Shown here piece after piece: positions 14,126 to 26,715 of a DNA stretch of 64,000 bases. The translations under genes were made by a program, and so were the position numbers. How positions within the stretch are numbered: the first letter of the stretch is position 1; every line of letters begins with the position of its first letter. Origin of the DNA: Gnetum montanum. Taxonomy: Eukaryota > Plantae > Gnetophyta. A model generated the notes under the pieces. It saw only the letters and a list, made by a program, of their open reading frames with translations. It was not told where the DNA came from and made no database searches. The DNA is taken from the NCBI GenBank assembly GCA_015680685.1, contig MNCI01003240.1, forward strand, positions 494,462 through 558,461. Direction: 5' to 3'.

Positions 14126-14292
14126 TAGTTTATGGCCATTTCGGGCCCCCATGCGTAGTTTATGGCCATTTCGGGCCCCATGTGTAGTTTATGGTCATTT
14201 CGGGCCCCATGCGTAGTTTGTGGCCATTTCGGGCCCCATGCGTAGTTTGTGGCCATTTCGGGCTCCATGCGTAGTTTATGGCCATTTCGGGC
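14126..14292. repeat. 29-bp tandem array (~6 copies) after gag-pro of C
   Basis: Unit tagtttatggccatttcgggccccatgcg. Confidence 0.95.
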
Positions 14293-14453
14293 ACCTTCCA
14301 TAATCATGAAATATTTTAAAGGACGAGGATAGATTTCTCGTTCAACCGATCATTGCTGATCGTGGCTAGTTTTATGTCTTTGCGGACATGATATTTTAAT
14401 GTCATTTTAGACTTTTTATAGTTTAACGTCATTTTGGACTAAGAGTGATAGTA

Positions 14454-17400
14454 TCATTTCAATAATTTTTTGATTTTTTTTGTTTTAATGTTAGATGATG
14501 TTTCAACAGGTATGATTCGGTATTCAGCATCCCCTTCACTGATTACATTAAATGGTAATTCGGCCCAAGGGACTTCTGGTGGAATGTCTTTTTTGTTAGC
14601 ATTTTCAGATATTTCAGTGTCCATAGAGAGCTCTATATTAGCTTCTACTTGAGGAGGCACAGGTGTTTCTGTTTGAGGAGGCTTTTGTTCCATGTCGGAA
14701 GATTTACTGCTTATTGATGGTTGCGGATTCTCGTTATTTTGGCTAGGTTTTTCAAGTTCAACTTCCGAGCCTTGGTCCGTGTCCATATGCGATGAGATAA
14801 TAGGAGTAGCCGCTTCACCATGTGTGAAGATTTCTCCGCCTTCATAAGGCAGGTGAATTTCTTGATGTATGGGGGAAGAGACAGCTCTTAGTTGGGCTAA
14901 CCAGGGTCTTCCCAATATTAGGTTGAACCCCAGAATCTCATCCACTACTAGGAAATCAGCAGACATTGGGAGCTGATCTCCCGCTATGAAGTCTAAGGTT
15001 ATTGTGCCTTTCACCATTACGTGTGACCCACTGAATGACCTTAAACATGTAGTCGTGGTTGGTTTAAGTAGTTCAGTAAGTCCTAGTTATTCAATGATGT
15101 GGTACGGCACAACATTTGTCGCAGCTCCATCGTCTACATGGACCCTATGTATTTTAAACCAGTTTATATAGATTGTTATGAACATGGGGGCTGTTGTTAC
15201 CTCCTTCATTTTCTTATCCACCTTGATGTTGTCATCATGAAAGCTTAGAGGTTTGGGAGTAGTCCCGTGAGGCGAGAACATCACCGCATGGATGGAGGGT
15301 TCGTTTGGGGGTAAGTCCTTGCTTACCGGGACTGACATTAACATGCGCACTAGAGCTTCTCAATGTGTTTGAGATGTTAGGACTAAGTCATACAAGCTCA
15401 GTGAAGTGTTCTTGTTTTTTAATGCCTGTGTGACTTGTGTCAAGGTGGCTGCAAAGTTTTCACTGTTGGGGGTATTTCTATCGGTGTTGACTGGATTCAT
15501 CGGACCCAACAGTTTTATCTCTCATTTTGTTGGCTTGTCATTTTTTGGAGCTGTCATTTTAGATGATTCGTGTTTTTCAGATGACTCACCTTCATTGCCT
15601 GCGCTTGATTGATTGTTAGACGATGACATGGGTATAGAGTTGAGGGGAGTGGGCTTAGGTGGCCCCAGAGCTAGCTGTTGGTGCTCTTTCTCCAAGCGTT
15701 CTCGCGTAAGCCTATCTACCAGGTGTTCTCGTGTGTTATGCGGAGATGGAGTTGGCCTCAGAGTTTGGGATTGCCTGGAGACCTTTACGACATAAGGAGC
15801 AGGGTGGGGCTATGGGTACGATTGGGCAGGAGTTTGCCCAGGTAGCCTGACGACGTACGGGGTTGGTCTTGGCGGAGGCCGGGCCTCTGTCGTTGCAATG
15901 GCAGGTGGTACTCGGACTACGAAAGGGGTAGGCTGAGCGTGAGGGGTTGGTGTACCTATGGGGTTAGCTAGAGGAATGCGCACTACGTATGGTTGTTGGC
16001 ATGTCATGACGTTAGAGGTGGGTATGGTGGAGGGCACTCAGATTACAAATGGCCACTGCGGGGCGTGAGGTGATTGAGGTGCAGAGTTAGCGGGAGGGAT
16101 CTGAACCAAGAATGGTTTGTTAGATGTTTCTTGTTTGTTTTCAGGATAGATGGTGTTGATGCNNNNNNNNNNNNNNNNNNNNNNNNNNNNNNNNNNNNNN
16201 NNNNNNNNNNNNNNNNNNNNNNNNNNNNNNNNNNNNNNNNNNNNNNNNNNNNNNNNNNNNNNNNNNNNNNNNNNNNNNNNNNNNNNNNNNNNNNNNNNNN
16301 NNNNNNNNNNNNNNNNNNNCTGGGGACAATTGCTTGTGTTGCATCAATCCAGCCTTTAAGAGTTGATTAAAGAGCTCGGATGGCTTCATCGGTAAAGGCG
16401 TGTACTGAGAGGGTTCCTTCCTCTCGAAGTTACGCATACGGTTCATCGAGTTTTGTGATGACGATTTTGGGGCTGTTGTGGGAGCGGGCTAATAGTAGTT
16501 AGTGGGGGGAACGGGTGGTTTGTATTGATGTGTGGTGTTTGTTTGCTGTGCCCCCGCTATTGCTACTATAGTCTCCTTGGCCTTTTCTTTGTCTTTTTTA
16601 GTGTGTTGGATTCTGAAGGCCAGGTATGCAGGGTCGTTGCTATTTTGAGCAGCTTCCTCTATGTTTTTCATTTGTTCAAATGCTTGATTCAGATCGCAAG
16701 CATTGAGGTAATACAGTTTGGACTTGAAAAAGTCATTAACAACCCCTTTCAGTATCGTGAGCAGATATGTTGGAGAGATTGGGTCGTGCAACTCGTTGAG
16801 AGCTGCGCTCCATCTCTAAATGAACTTCTGCACCGGTTTGAGCGGTGCTTGCTTGATCTGCATGAGGTTGTCCAGTGTTGCTTCGGGTTTCAAGTTATAC
16901 TTGAACCTGGTCACAAACTAGCGTAGAAGATCGTCCAGGGAAAGGATGGAATTCCTGGGCAAGGCCCGGTACCAGTCGAGTGCCCTTCCCACGAGGGACA
17001 TGGGGAATACTCGTAGTATTGAGTGGGGCCATGCCTGAAGGAGTGCACACTCTAATCTAAACGTGATGAGGTGGGCGTTGGGGTCTGTCTCCCCGTTATA
17101 CTTAGTCAGCGTTGGGAGGGGGACACCCTTGGACAAATTCAATGGCGGGACAGAGGAGCTGATAGGGTCATCATTGTAGAAATCTACTACTTTCAGCTCT
17201 CCATCAGCGATGGTTTTGAGGCGCTTTACCTCATTTGTTAATTCCTGCATCAGTTTTTTAGCGTCCGCCCAATCTTGAGCCCTCGGTGAAGCTACAGGCT
17301 GGGGGTGCGGAGCTGCATACCAGCTAGATTGCTGGGTCCCGAGTTGAAAAGCCAAAGGCTGGGTGATCGGCGGTTGTGCCTGTGGGTAGTTAACGGCAGG

Positions 17401-18375
17401 TGGTGCTAAGGCTGAGATGTTAAAAGGAAAATGTTGTGGTTGTTGTTGTTGCTGCAGTTGGGGCTGTGCTTGGGGAGCATTGATCGGGGGGATTGCGTGG
17501 GGCAGGACGTGGTGATGGGGAATTTGATGTGATGATGCCCCCCTTGCTGGCCACTGTCCCACTACGTTGTATGCGGGGACTCCCTGTTGGGATGGGGCTG
17601 CTTGGGGAGCTATATGCGTTTGGATATGGGGTATGAAGTGAGCTGATGTAGATGCAGGGATCACATGCGGCATCCCAATTACGCGAGGTGGGAACGTTGG
17701 TCCCATGCCATCATGAGGAGGCAGTGCTTGTGAGGATGGGCCTGTAGCTGCATTAGGGGTGACTGTTAGAGGGAAGGTGTGAGGTTGGGGATCACTTGGG
17801 AGCGGAATGTGTACGAGTGCTGGTGTTTCCGATGGCATTTGAACCTAGGTGAATCTAGGGCGTTGTACGGGCAAGACTTCCCCTATCCCAGGATGGAAAA
17901 TGGGGTTCATCTGTGCTTGGGGGCTCAAGGTGTGGTATGAGTGTCCCTGCTCAGATTGGGCAGCGAACTCATCTTCTTCCTTAGGCTGAGGCTCTAGCAT
18001 GGGTTGGTCCAATGACTGGCTCCTGTGCAGAAGGAGCTGAGTAAAGAGCTCTGAGAATTGTTCTGGAATGGGGATTACGTCATATGGGGAAGGGATGAAC
18101 TCGTGTCCTCTCCTATAAAAGAGTTCGAATTATTTCTTTACTTTCATTTCAACCCGATCCACTACCAGGCCGGCTTGTATCTTAATGCAGATGAAGTTAT
18201 ACTCGTCTTGGGTTATAACGTTAGTGGATGGATCTCTCCCTTGTAACCTCAAAGACCGATGGGGCCCCATTGTGGATTGCGCTCCCAAATGTGGTATGAT
18301 AGACTGCTGGGCAGCCATGGTGTCTAAGATGTTAATGTTCTGGGTAGTGGCAGCAGTGGTGTTTACGGAATTCAT
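14454..18375 (-). pseudogene. gag-protease polyprotein of C (~1300 codons, premature stops)
   Basis: ORF pieces are in one frame on each side of the N gap (16163-16319). Motifs: KYNGETDPNAHL, VFPMSLVGRALDWY, YTPLP, VHVDDGAATNVV (aspartic protease), GFNLILGRPWL. Confidence 0.92.
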
Positions 18376-18657
18376 GATGATAGATCGTGTATGTAAAACG
18401 GTTTGAGTGTATGTGGCCGGCGTAGAAAAATCTACAGCGTAAGTGTGCAGCGTAGACGCTGGTCTGCGGCCAGCGTAGATGCTAAGTGTGCAGCGTAGAT
18501 GCTGGTCTGCGGGCAGCGTAGATGCTGGGGTAAGTGCAGCGTAGACGCTGGAAGGTTGAGAGCATAGACGCTGAGAGTCGGGGGTTTGAACAGGGCAGCG
18601 AAAATGCTGATGAGTGTAGACGCTGAGAAGCGTATAGTCAATTTGTTTAAGCAGAGG

Positions 18658-18675
18658 CCCTCCTTCTAGCGCTAA
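18658..18675 (-). promoter_or_regulatory. Primer-binding site, tRNA-Asn(GUU) type
   Basis: Minus strand TTAGCGCTAGAAGGAGGG next to the LTR end; complementary to the recalled plant tRNA-Asn 3' end CCCTCCTTCTAGCGCCA. Confidence 0.8.
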
Positions 18676-18679
18676 TTTC

Positions 18680-19895
18680 TGTACCGCCTGAAATCGTCGG
18701 TCCCTGGCTGGAAGGAGAAACAAAGACCGTGGGATCGCAGGACGAGCACAGATGACCCTACCTTCGCCTGAGGGTGAGCTGGAATGCATGAAGGTAGAGT
18801 ACCTTGGGTGGTCCGCACGCGGATCAGACAAGGATTTTCCTGAGTATCACCGAAGTGTTATACACTAGGTTATGCGTAAACAGTGTAGCAGACGTAAAAC
18901 GGAGCGAGCAGTGAAAACAGTGCGTAAACAAAATATAGATGGCGTAACAACGTAAACTGATATATGCAGCGTAAACTGAGCGTAAACCTGAACACAGCGT
19001 AAACAGGGCGTAAACTGGGCGTAAAGTGTAAACAGGGCGTAAACAGGGCATAAAGCGTAAATAGGGCGTAAACAGGGCATAAACGGCGTAATCAGAGTGT
19101 AAATGTAAACGAACGTAAGCAAAAACACATGCAAGAAGTCAGCGTAAACTGTAAGTTGGAAACTGTAAACTGTAAACTGTATTATGAAGTGGAAATGTAG
19201 TGCACCAGTCTAACGCAGTTGTGGCTGAACACAAGGTGGACATAAAGCCCCGGTGGGTGCATGGATGCAGCTGGTTTGCACGGTAGGTGGAGCGTAGAGA
19301 CTGTGCTCAGTGTACAAAACTTCCAGCGTAAGCATAAGAGGTTTTGGTTTGCAACGTAATTGCTCTCCGGTTTGCTCTGGTAAATTTTGGCCAACCTTAA
19401 ATACGCGGAAAACTGGGCTTTTTATAGGTGGGGTTTTACCCGGAAAATCGGGTTGGAAGACACATGGCGTGTCGACCGGGTGCGTACAATTTAGAAATAT
19501 GGTATATGATGGGTGTATACGCTATATCAGGCCAGCGTATATGCTGGGCGTATACACTGGACTTGCTGGGCGTGTGAACTTTGGTGGACGTTGGGCGTAT
19601 ACGCTGGGGATGCTGGCATATACGCTGATGGATGTTGGCATATACGCTGATGGATGTCGACTTGCTTCAATTCTTGCTCCTGTTGCACCTACTGAGCATA
19701 CATGTGAGGTGTGTATGCTGGGCGTTGGGCGTATACACTGGGCGTAGACGCTGGCATAACACTTGGTAAAAACCAAGTGTTTCGATCCTCAAAATTGCCA
19801 TGTGTGACTTCAAATGTTGCCAAAGTCGTCTGAGGGTCACAGGGACCTGCTTCTTGCTGGACAAGTGCCAAACTCGAAATTTTTGTGGTGTTTCA
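18680..19895 (-). repeat. 5' LTR of C (1216 bp)
   Basis: TGAAACACCAC...GGTACA, TATA-like CCTATAAAAAG at ~19418-19428, and GCGTA-core repeats. Confidence 0.92.
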
Positions 19896-22361
19896 GAGGA
19901 TAGACCACTAAAAACAAAAAATAATCTTCAAACTGATGTATCTTGGCCTTAACACTCCATTAGAACCTCTAGTGATTTTGTATTGGAAAACTATGAAATA
20001 AAAGTAGGTCAAATCTCATTCCCACATTTGGAAAATGCTAAGGAAGCTTTGGACTATGTTGGCTAGCATAGCCCCATCATAATCTACTTTCAAAATAGCA
20101 AAATAGATCTTGAGAAAGTCATATTAACTTCTTGGTGCATCATCTCAACCTCAAAACCTTGTTGGAGACTTCATAGACCACTAAACCCTACAAACCAAGT
20201 CAAAATTCAATAAAACTTAGCCCTCAACTATGTTGGAACTATGTTGGCTAGTGTAGTCTAGGGATGTATGGACATTCAAGAACTAAAAAAACCATCAAAA
20301 CTAACCATCTTAGGCTTGAAAACCTAGTTCTTAATACCAAAATCCATGAAATCAAAAACCTAATTAATCAATCATGAAATTCCACTAAAAATCAAAGCTC
20401 ATCTTATGACTATGCTAGAGTAGCCCTGGACTATGTTGTCCAATGTAGTCCTAGCATATTCAAGATCCTAAATTCATTTAACTAGTGATTTGACACTCCA
20501 AATTACTTAAAAAATGAATTGATAATCTAGAACCTTACTTAGCCTTATCCAATTGCAAATTCACCTCTTTTTGACCTTGGAAATGCCATGTATTCTTCAT
20601 CCATGCTAAGGCTAGACCCAACTACACTAGCCACCATAGTTCAAATGGGAAAAGGCTATTTTAGTACCCAAATGACCTCCAAAATTGATCATTCTAAGTC
20701 AAAAACCTAACTAGAACATCGGTAACCTTGGGAACCTAGTCAATTAATCATAAAAAATTATCAAAAGGTAGAATTTACATCATGCTACACTAAGATAGGC
20801 TAGGAATGTTCTAGTCAATGTAGTTTTAGTGTATTCATGATTGAGAGTTCGTTTCATTAGTATTACAACAATATGACTGATCTAAAATTTGTCTTGAGAA
20901 ATCAATAATATTTTTTGACATTTTCTAGCCACTATTTCACCTTGTTTTAATTGTTGAAACACCAAATTCCATTGATCTATGCTAAGGTAGGCCTAGGACT
21001 ACATTGGTCAGTGTAGTATCAACTTAGTTTCTATCCTAGGGTGGTTAAACCAACATAAAAACACTTAAAATGATTAAAAACTTGTTCCAAGAAGCCTAGA
21101 ACCATATAATCCTAAAGCTAGCTATATTTTGACCTTGTTTAACCATGAAAAACCCACATTTTGGATCAACTACATTGAAGCAATGCTCAACTATGTTGGC
21201 TAGTGTAGTCATGATGCTTTTATGCCAAAAATCTATCTTTGGTAATCTATTTTTATTTTCAAATAGTTCATTTAGTTTCTCCAGGACCCTACATTGCCCT
21301 AGGGAGCTAATGAAACACTAGTTTAAACTCCAAGACTTCATATAACCATTTTCCCCATGCATCGACATTGGAACTACACTGACTACTATAGTCCCAGTGT
21401 AGTGACTAGTTTTGACACCATTTCTAACTTCTGGAGGATGAAAATGAAGTGAAAATACATCAATATTCAACCCTAGTCTATCACACAAGCCATACAGATC
21501 ATTAAAAACTCAAATCTAGCCATAACAAACTTGGGAGACCACCTACTAATGTTCACTATGTTGGGGTCTATCCCAACTACACTAGCCAATATAGTCCCTA
21601 GGTAAGCCCAATGTAGTGACAACAAAATGATTTATTTTACCTAAAAATAACATTAAAATGACCTTAACATGTGCAAAAACTCCCCCATTAGCCTTATAGA
21701 CCTTTACTTTGTTCCTATAAGGCCTAAAACTAGCACAATCTATGTCTAATTGAGCAATATTGATCATGCTTTATCATATGTTTCTCACCTTAACTAATTT
21801 GGTCTTGTTTCATTATGTTTCAAATTGCTTTGATATTATTCCCCATTATTGACATTTATTATTATTTTAGCATCATTTGGCTTATTCCATTAAATATTTC
21901 TATCATATGATACCATTTTTACTTTAGTTAGCTTGATTTAGTGTTAACTAATGTCATTGAATATCAATGGAACCTTGTTTGGCCTTACCTAACTTCATTC
22001 CAAGAAGATTAGCTTACATGTAACCTTATTTTACCACCATTTGGTCATCCTTTCACCTCATTTTTTTTTTGGCTTTGGTTTGACCATATTCACCTTATCA
22101 ATTTTCTTATGGCCTCAATTAACCCTATTTTACCTTTGTTTAAGGTCATTTAAAGGGATCTATCCATCCCTTAGCAATTGTTTGGCACCATTCGACCATC
22201 ATATGGTCCTCTAAGGCCTAAAACTAGCAAATTGTAATCATAGTTGACCATTTTTGACCTTATACTATCTTAATTTACTCTGAGTGACCTCCATTAACCA
22301 CGTACTTCATTAGTAGAGTATTTTTCACTATTTTTACATTATTTAACAATTTTATTACATA

Positions 22362-23230
22362 GGTGCCACTTGATGGGATTATGATATCATGTAATATTGA
22401 GTAATGAGGATGAGAAAGAAAATTTGACTACCCTTAAAACTCAAGTGGATCATTCCCATGATGGTAGAACAAGTTGACCTAAAATAACCAAGCACTCTAC
22501 CTCAAAATCATTTTTCTATACATCATTAACATATTGAAGTAGCATGATTACCATTGATCCTAAAGCCAAAAACATCACAGAGGGTCCCTTAGTTAGAGTC
22601 CCCATATAGACCACTATGGTGAGGAGAAAACACATGGAACCAAGTTCCTTATCAAAACTTAAGATTTCTCATAACCTCATCAAGCCCTTGTAATGCAAAA
22701 TTTAAGCCATTACATAGTCCTAACTACATCTAATACTTATATGTTTTCTTGTAGTGTTGTTTATCATTGTTGATAGGCTACAATTAATGTCTAATGTTGA
22801 TGACTCCAGTGGTCTATGACAAGCTAGCCTTAATGCTATCTTTCTCTCAATCTCTCTATTTGACATAATAAATGAATTACATGTTTTGAAAATCTAATGT
22901 ACATCACACAAATCTCTCCATGTTGCATTGATAGTGACATATAGTTGTCTAGTTAGTTGGTTGTCTCATGTAACCCTATGCATTATTGTAATGACATGTT
23001 TTCTTTGTATATTTTTCTTGTTCTCTTGTAGTTGTGCCTGTAGGATGAAACCTAGAAGCCATCATGAAGGTATGCCTCATCACAGTAGTAGGTTACCATG
23101 TGATCTTAATGCGTAAGATTTGGTCAGCTTGTCTTGTCTTACCAAGATCACTTGTTTCACATCCATTAACTTCGATTAAGGCCAACGACATTGACCTAAT
23201 TATGATCCTCATTACCTTGAATAGAAATGA
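22362..23230 (+). pseudogene. Decayed extra ORF with hydrophobic segments (env-like position) in B
   Basis: Follows a T-rich tract ending catag. One frame reads ...MITIDPKAKNITEGPLVRVPI...LHLILICFLVVLFIIVD...TLCIIVMTCFLCIFFLFSCSCACRM.... A homolog is present in element F. Confidence 0.5.
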
Positions 23231-23858
23231 TGACCTATGTTTGATACTTATGTGTTATGGCCATAAGATGTTTCCTTATTCATGCTTCATCAGGTATGTT
23301 AGATGTAACACATATCATTTAGTGGAAAACCAAATCAAAAATAGCATTGGCAATGAAACCCAATGAAGGTTTCACCCCAAACAAAAAAGAAGAAGAGAAA
23401 AAGCAAAAGCGAAAGCAAATTTCCAAGAAGCCAAAAGGCTAATAAAAACCAAATATAATCAAATGGATTTAAACATGCAAATGGAGGGGCCTAGTGGAAA
23501 AAGAAACCTTAGAGAAAGGTGTTGGATGCTCCAAAACATTATTGAGTAACCAACACTTCAATGCATGGAGCACAAAGATTACATTGATTAGTCAAAATGT
23601 CATTGCCATAACTATGACCATGATGTTAATATTTGAAACTCATTGTTAACCTTATAACCATTTCCACCTAACCAAATATAGCCTTTAACCTCTATCATCG
23701 TAACCTTATCTCATCATCACAATTACTCTTTTGCATGGGTTGACATTATAGAATCAAGTGTGAAGACGAAACATTGGTGATGGATCTGCAATGGTATTTT
23801 GTTTGCTTTGTTGATGTCTCTTGGGTCAATCATTCAAACATCAAGAAAGAGGGGCCAA

Positions 23859-25172
23859 TGAAAAACCACCAAGAAATATCATGTTGCAACTTGCAAACCT
23901 CACCATTAAACCTGAGGCTAGAATTTTATTGTAAATAGTGAATATTATAATGCATGAGATGAAATTTCACATACTTAAACTTTTGGGGCTGAAAAAATGC
24001 CTTGTTAGTTGTCATAGCCTAACTTCCCAAGTGAAAAGAGTCATACCATGTCTATATTTAGGCTTGGGAAAGTTGAAAATACCTTCTGGACTACTAAAAT
24101 TTGAATTTTCATGGGTTTCTATGCAACTATAGCCTTAACTACATTGGAACCACCTTCCACCTATGTTGGTAGTGTTGGGTTTTATTTTCCCAAAAATGGC
24201 TAGCGTAGTTACCATAATTACTAATGGTGTTCCACAAGGTTAGTGTAGGAGTAGTTGGATTTGCATTTTTTTCATGAAGCCAATGTTGTATGGTTGGGGT
24301 TTTCACTCTCCTAGCCATGGCTAGTGTAGTCACTATGATTCTCAGTACTTTCTCCATGGCCAATGTAGTCACTATAATTCCTAGTGTAGATGCAACAAAG
24401 CCACTGTAGTTCCAAAAGTCTATTTACTATTTCGTGTCTAGTGTAGTTTTGAAGGCCTTGGTTGCATCAAAAGTTAACATAAATGGAAACTATGCTAGAG
24501 CTAAAAGCTTGTGATGCCTATGCATGATTTCAATTTGTTAGCAATCATGGTAGAAAATTCTCCACAACAAATTAAACATCAACAACCTATTTAAACCAAC
24601 TCCCAACACTTTGAAAGGACTTTTTAGCAAATTGGCAATTGGCTAAGCATTGGAAACTCTTAGTGCATTGTCAATAGTAAGAAATGTCATGAATTTTTTC
24701 ACCATTTTTAACGAACATAACAGAGGTGACCTAAAGAATTAGAGAGGAGTTTTAGAGGTAGGATCTTGAAAACACTTGGATTGTGAGGCTGACCATAGAA
24801 CACAACCTGCTAGCTTTAGTAGACTTTAGGCTTCATCAGTGCAATTTCTTTTGCATTCAAGCACAAATACTTGTACATAATTTAAAATTTATTTTATCAA
24901 GAATTTCATTTTTTAAATAAGATACACAATTTATTTTCTAGTACAAGTTCATCATCTAAATATTACAAGTTCATTTTGTGCATTTTCTCTAGTTTCAAAT
25001 CTACAAATCTTTAAAATTGATTCATGTCTATTTACAATTTATAAGTCTCTAGTGATTGGAAAGATCATCTAAGATACTTAAAATCCTATTTTTGAAGGCC
25101 TATGCAATCCAAAGTTAAACTATTTCATCAAAATTTTCAATTTTCTAGTGACCAAATCTTTTAGGCATTACA
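23859..25172 (+). repeat. 3' LTR of element B
   Basis: TGAAAAACCACC...GGCATTACA, preceded by the PPT. Confidence 0.88.
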
Positions 25173-26715
25173 AAGGTTAAGTCACAAAAGATGTTGATGT
25201 GAATAATGTGGTAGAGTGGAAAACTTATTGAGATTGGTGTGTCATCAAAACATATATTGAGGTGATCATGGAGATAAATAAGAAGGTAGGTTGAAAAACT
25301 TGGTTTTCAAAGGAGATAAGAGGTTCTTGGTTTATAATTGGGATGAAGGATGGAAAATTGAAGTTTTTCACCTATGGAGATGACTATTTCATAAGGTCCT
25401 CTAAGAATGTATTTGGTTCATACTTAGCCTCAAACTCATCTTAGTTTTCATGGAATTGGTCTAAACTGACTTCCCTCATTTACCTTATTTTACTCTATTA
25501 ATTGCACAAACTTATGGATATAGAACTTACTTAGTTCAATTTGGTCATAAGGGGAGGGAATATACTCCTATTTCTTGTGAATTATCTCAAACTAACCTTT
25601 TAATTCTAACTTTCTACAAAGGCTAAGCAAGATAGTTTGAATTTTAGTGTAGATGAAGTTGTAATATTTCATATTTATGTTAGTGTAAGCTAGTTCTAGC
25701 CTCATCCACCTAACGAACTATGTATGCTCAACTATAGTTGGATCCCTAGGATTGTAGATGTGGATGACTTTATGTTGGAGGCCGTGTGTTCTATGTCATG
25801 AGGCAAAATGATGGATGTATAAGACATAAAATATAGAAGATAAATTGTTTGATTATGATGATAAAGTTTTATTATGATTTTTAATGCATCATACAAGTCA
25901 CAAACTTGCAACATGTAAGACTCAAAATGTGTGAGATTGGAGCATATAAGACTCATAACATGTGGATCTATAGCTTTTGATGCTATAGCATGTGGAACAT
26001 GTAGCATGTAGAAGTTGTAGTGTATGGAGTTATATCTTGTGAAGCTATAGCATGTGGAAGTTGTAGTGTGTTGAGCTATAGCCTATGAAACTATAACATG
26101 TGTATGTTGTAGCATCTGGAGCTATAGCCTCTAAATCTATAGCCTATGGACTTATAGCATATGAAGTTTTATCCTATGGGGCTATAGCATGTGGAATAAA
26201 TAGCCTTTGAATATGCTACAACTATAAAGTAATAAATTTTTAAAATTTTCATTTCCCAATTTTTCTAGCATATGAAAGGGAAATGACCAAAATTCTACAA
26301 AGTGATAATGGTAACAACAAAGGTTATAGTGTGTATTGCAATTTCAAAGGTAATGTAGGGAGTTGTGGTGGTGCTATGTACTATAATGAAAAAAACTAAT
26401 TTCTATGTTGTAGAGTATGTGGAATGGGAGTAGTGCTGCATACTATTGTTGAAAAAAAAATAAAAGTAAAAATTATTGTAAACAAAAAGGTTACCAAGCC
26501 ATATGCTAGGTTTTAGGAAAATCCAACATGAATGTGAAAGTTGCTACAAATAAAATTAATTATTGGACCATAATCTAGATTTTGGAAAAATACAAAACAA
26601 GTTTTCATTGGACTACATGAGATTACAAGCTAAAGCAAACACTAATGAAAAAAAAATTTTGTAGCATGTTTTAGTGAAGAAGTTAGGCATAGGTCCTTCT
26701 TCTAGCATTAGAAAC

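Larger units (their letters stand above)
13701..19895 (-). mobile_element. Element C: youngest family member, gag-protease only, truncated 3' LTR
   Basis: Perfect 5-bp TSD GAGGA (13696-13700 and 19896-19900), TG...CA ends, PBS at 18658-18675, and CpG-rich compared with its flanks. Confidence 0.95.
4722..25172 (+). mobile_element. Element B: LTR-to-LTR, pol-less gag-protease retrotransposon (~14.2 kb without nested C)
   Basis: Direct repeats 4722-6015 and 23859-25172, decayed PBS tagcactaggaggg at 6021-6036, and PPT aagaaagaggggc at 23843-23855. It interrupts the gag of A. The TSD is degenerate (gagtt/aaggt). Confidence 0.88.

Noticed and set aside
10718-14292. 29-32-bp repeats as a CRISPR array
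   Set aside because: Units are head-to-tail with no unique spacers, there are no cas genes, and the context is a plant retrotransposon.
18658-18675. tRNA gene at the tRNA-Asn-like sequence (also 62522-62539)
   Set aside because: Only ~17 nt complementary to the tRNA 3' end, directly beside an LTR, so it is a PBS.
18376-19871. Overlapping ORFs in the LTR and 5' UTR of C (and 13845-14307)
   Set aside because: Open frames arise from low-complexity GCGTA repeats; no protein motifs.
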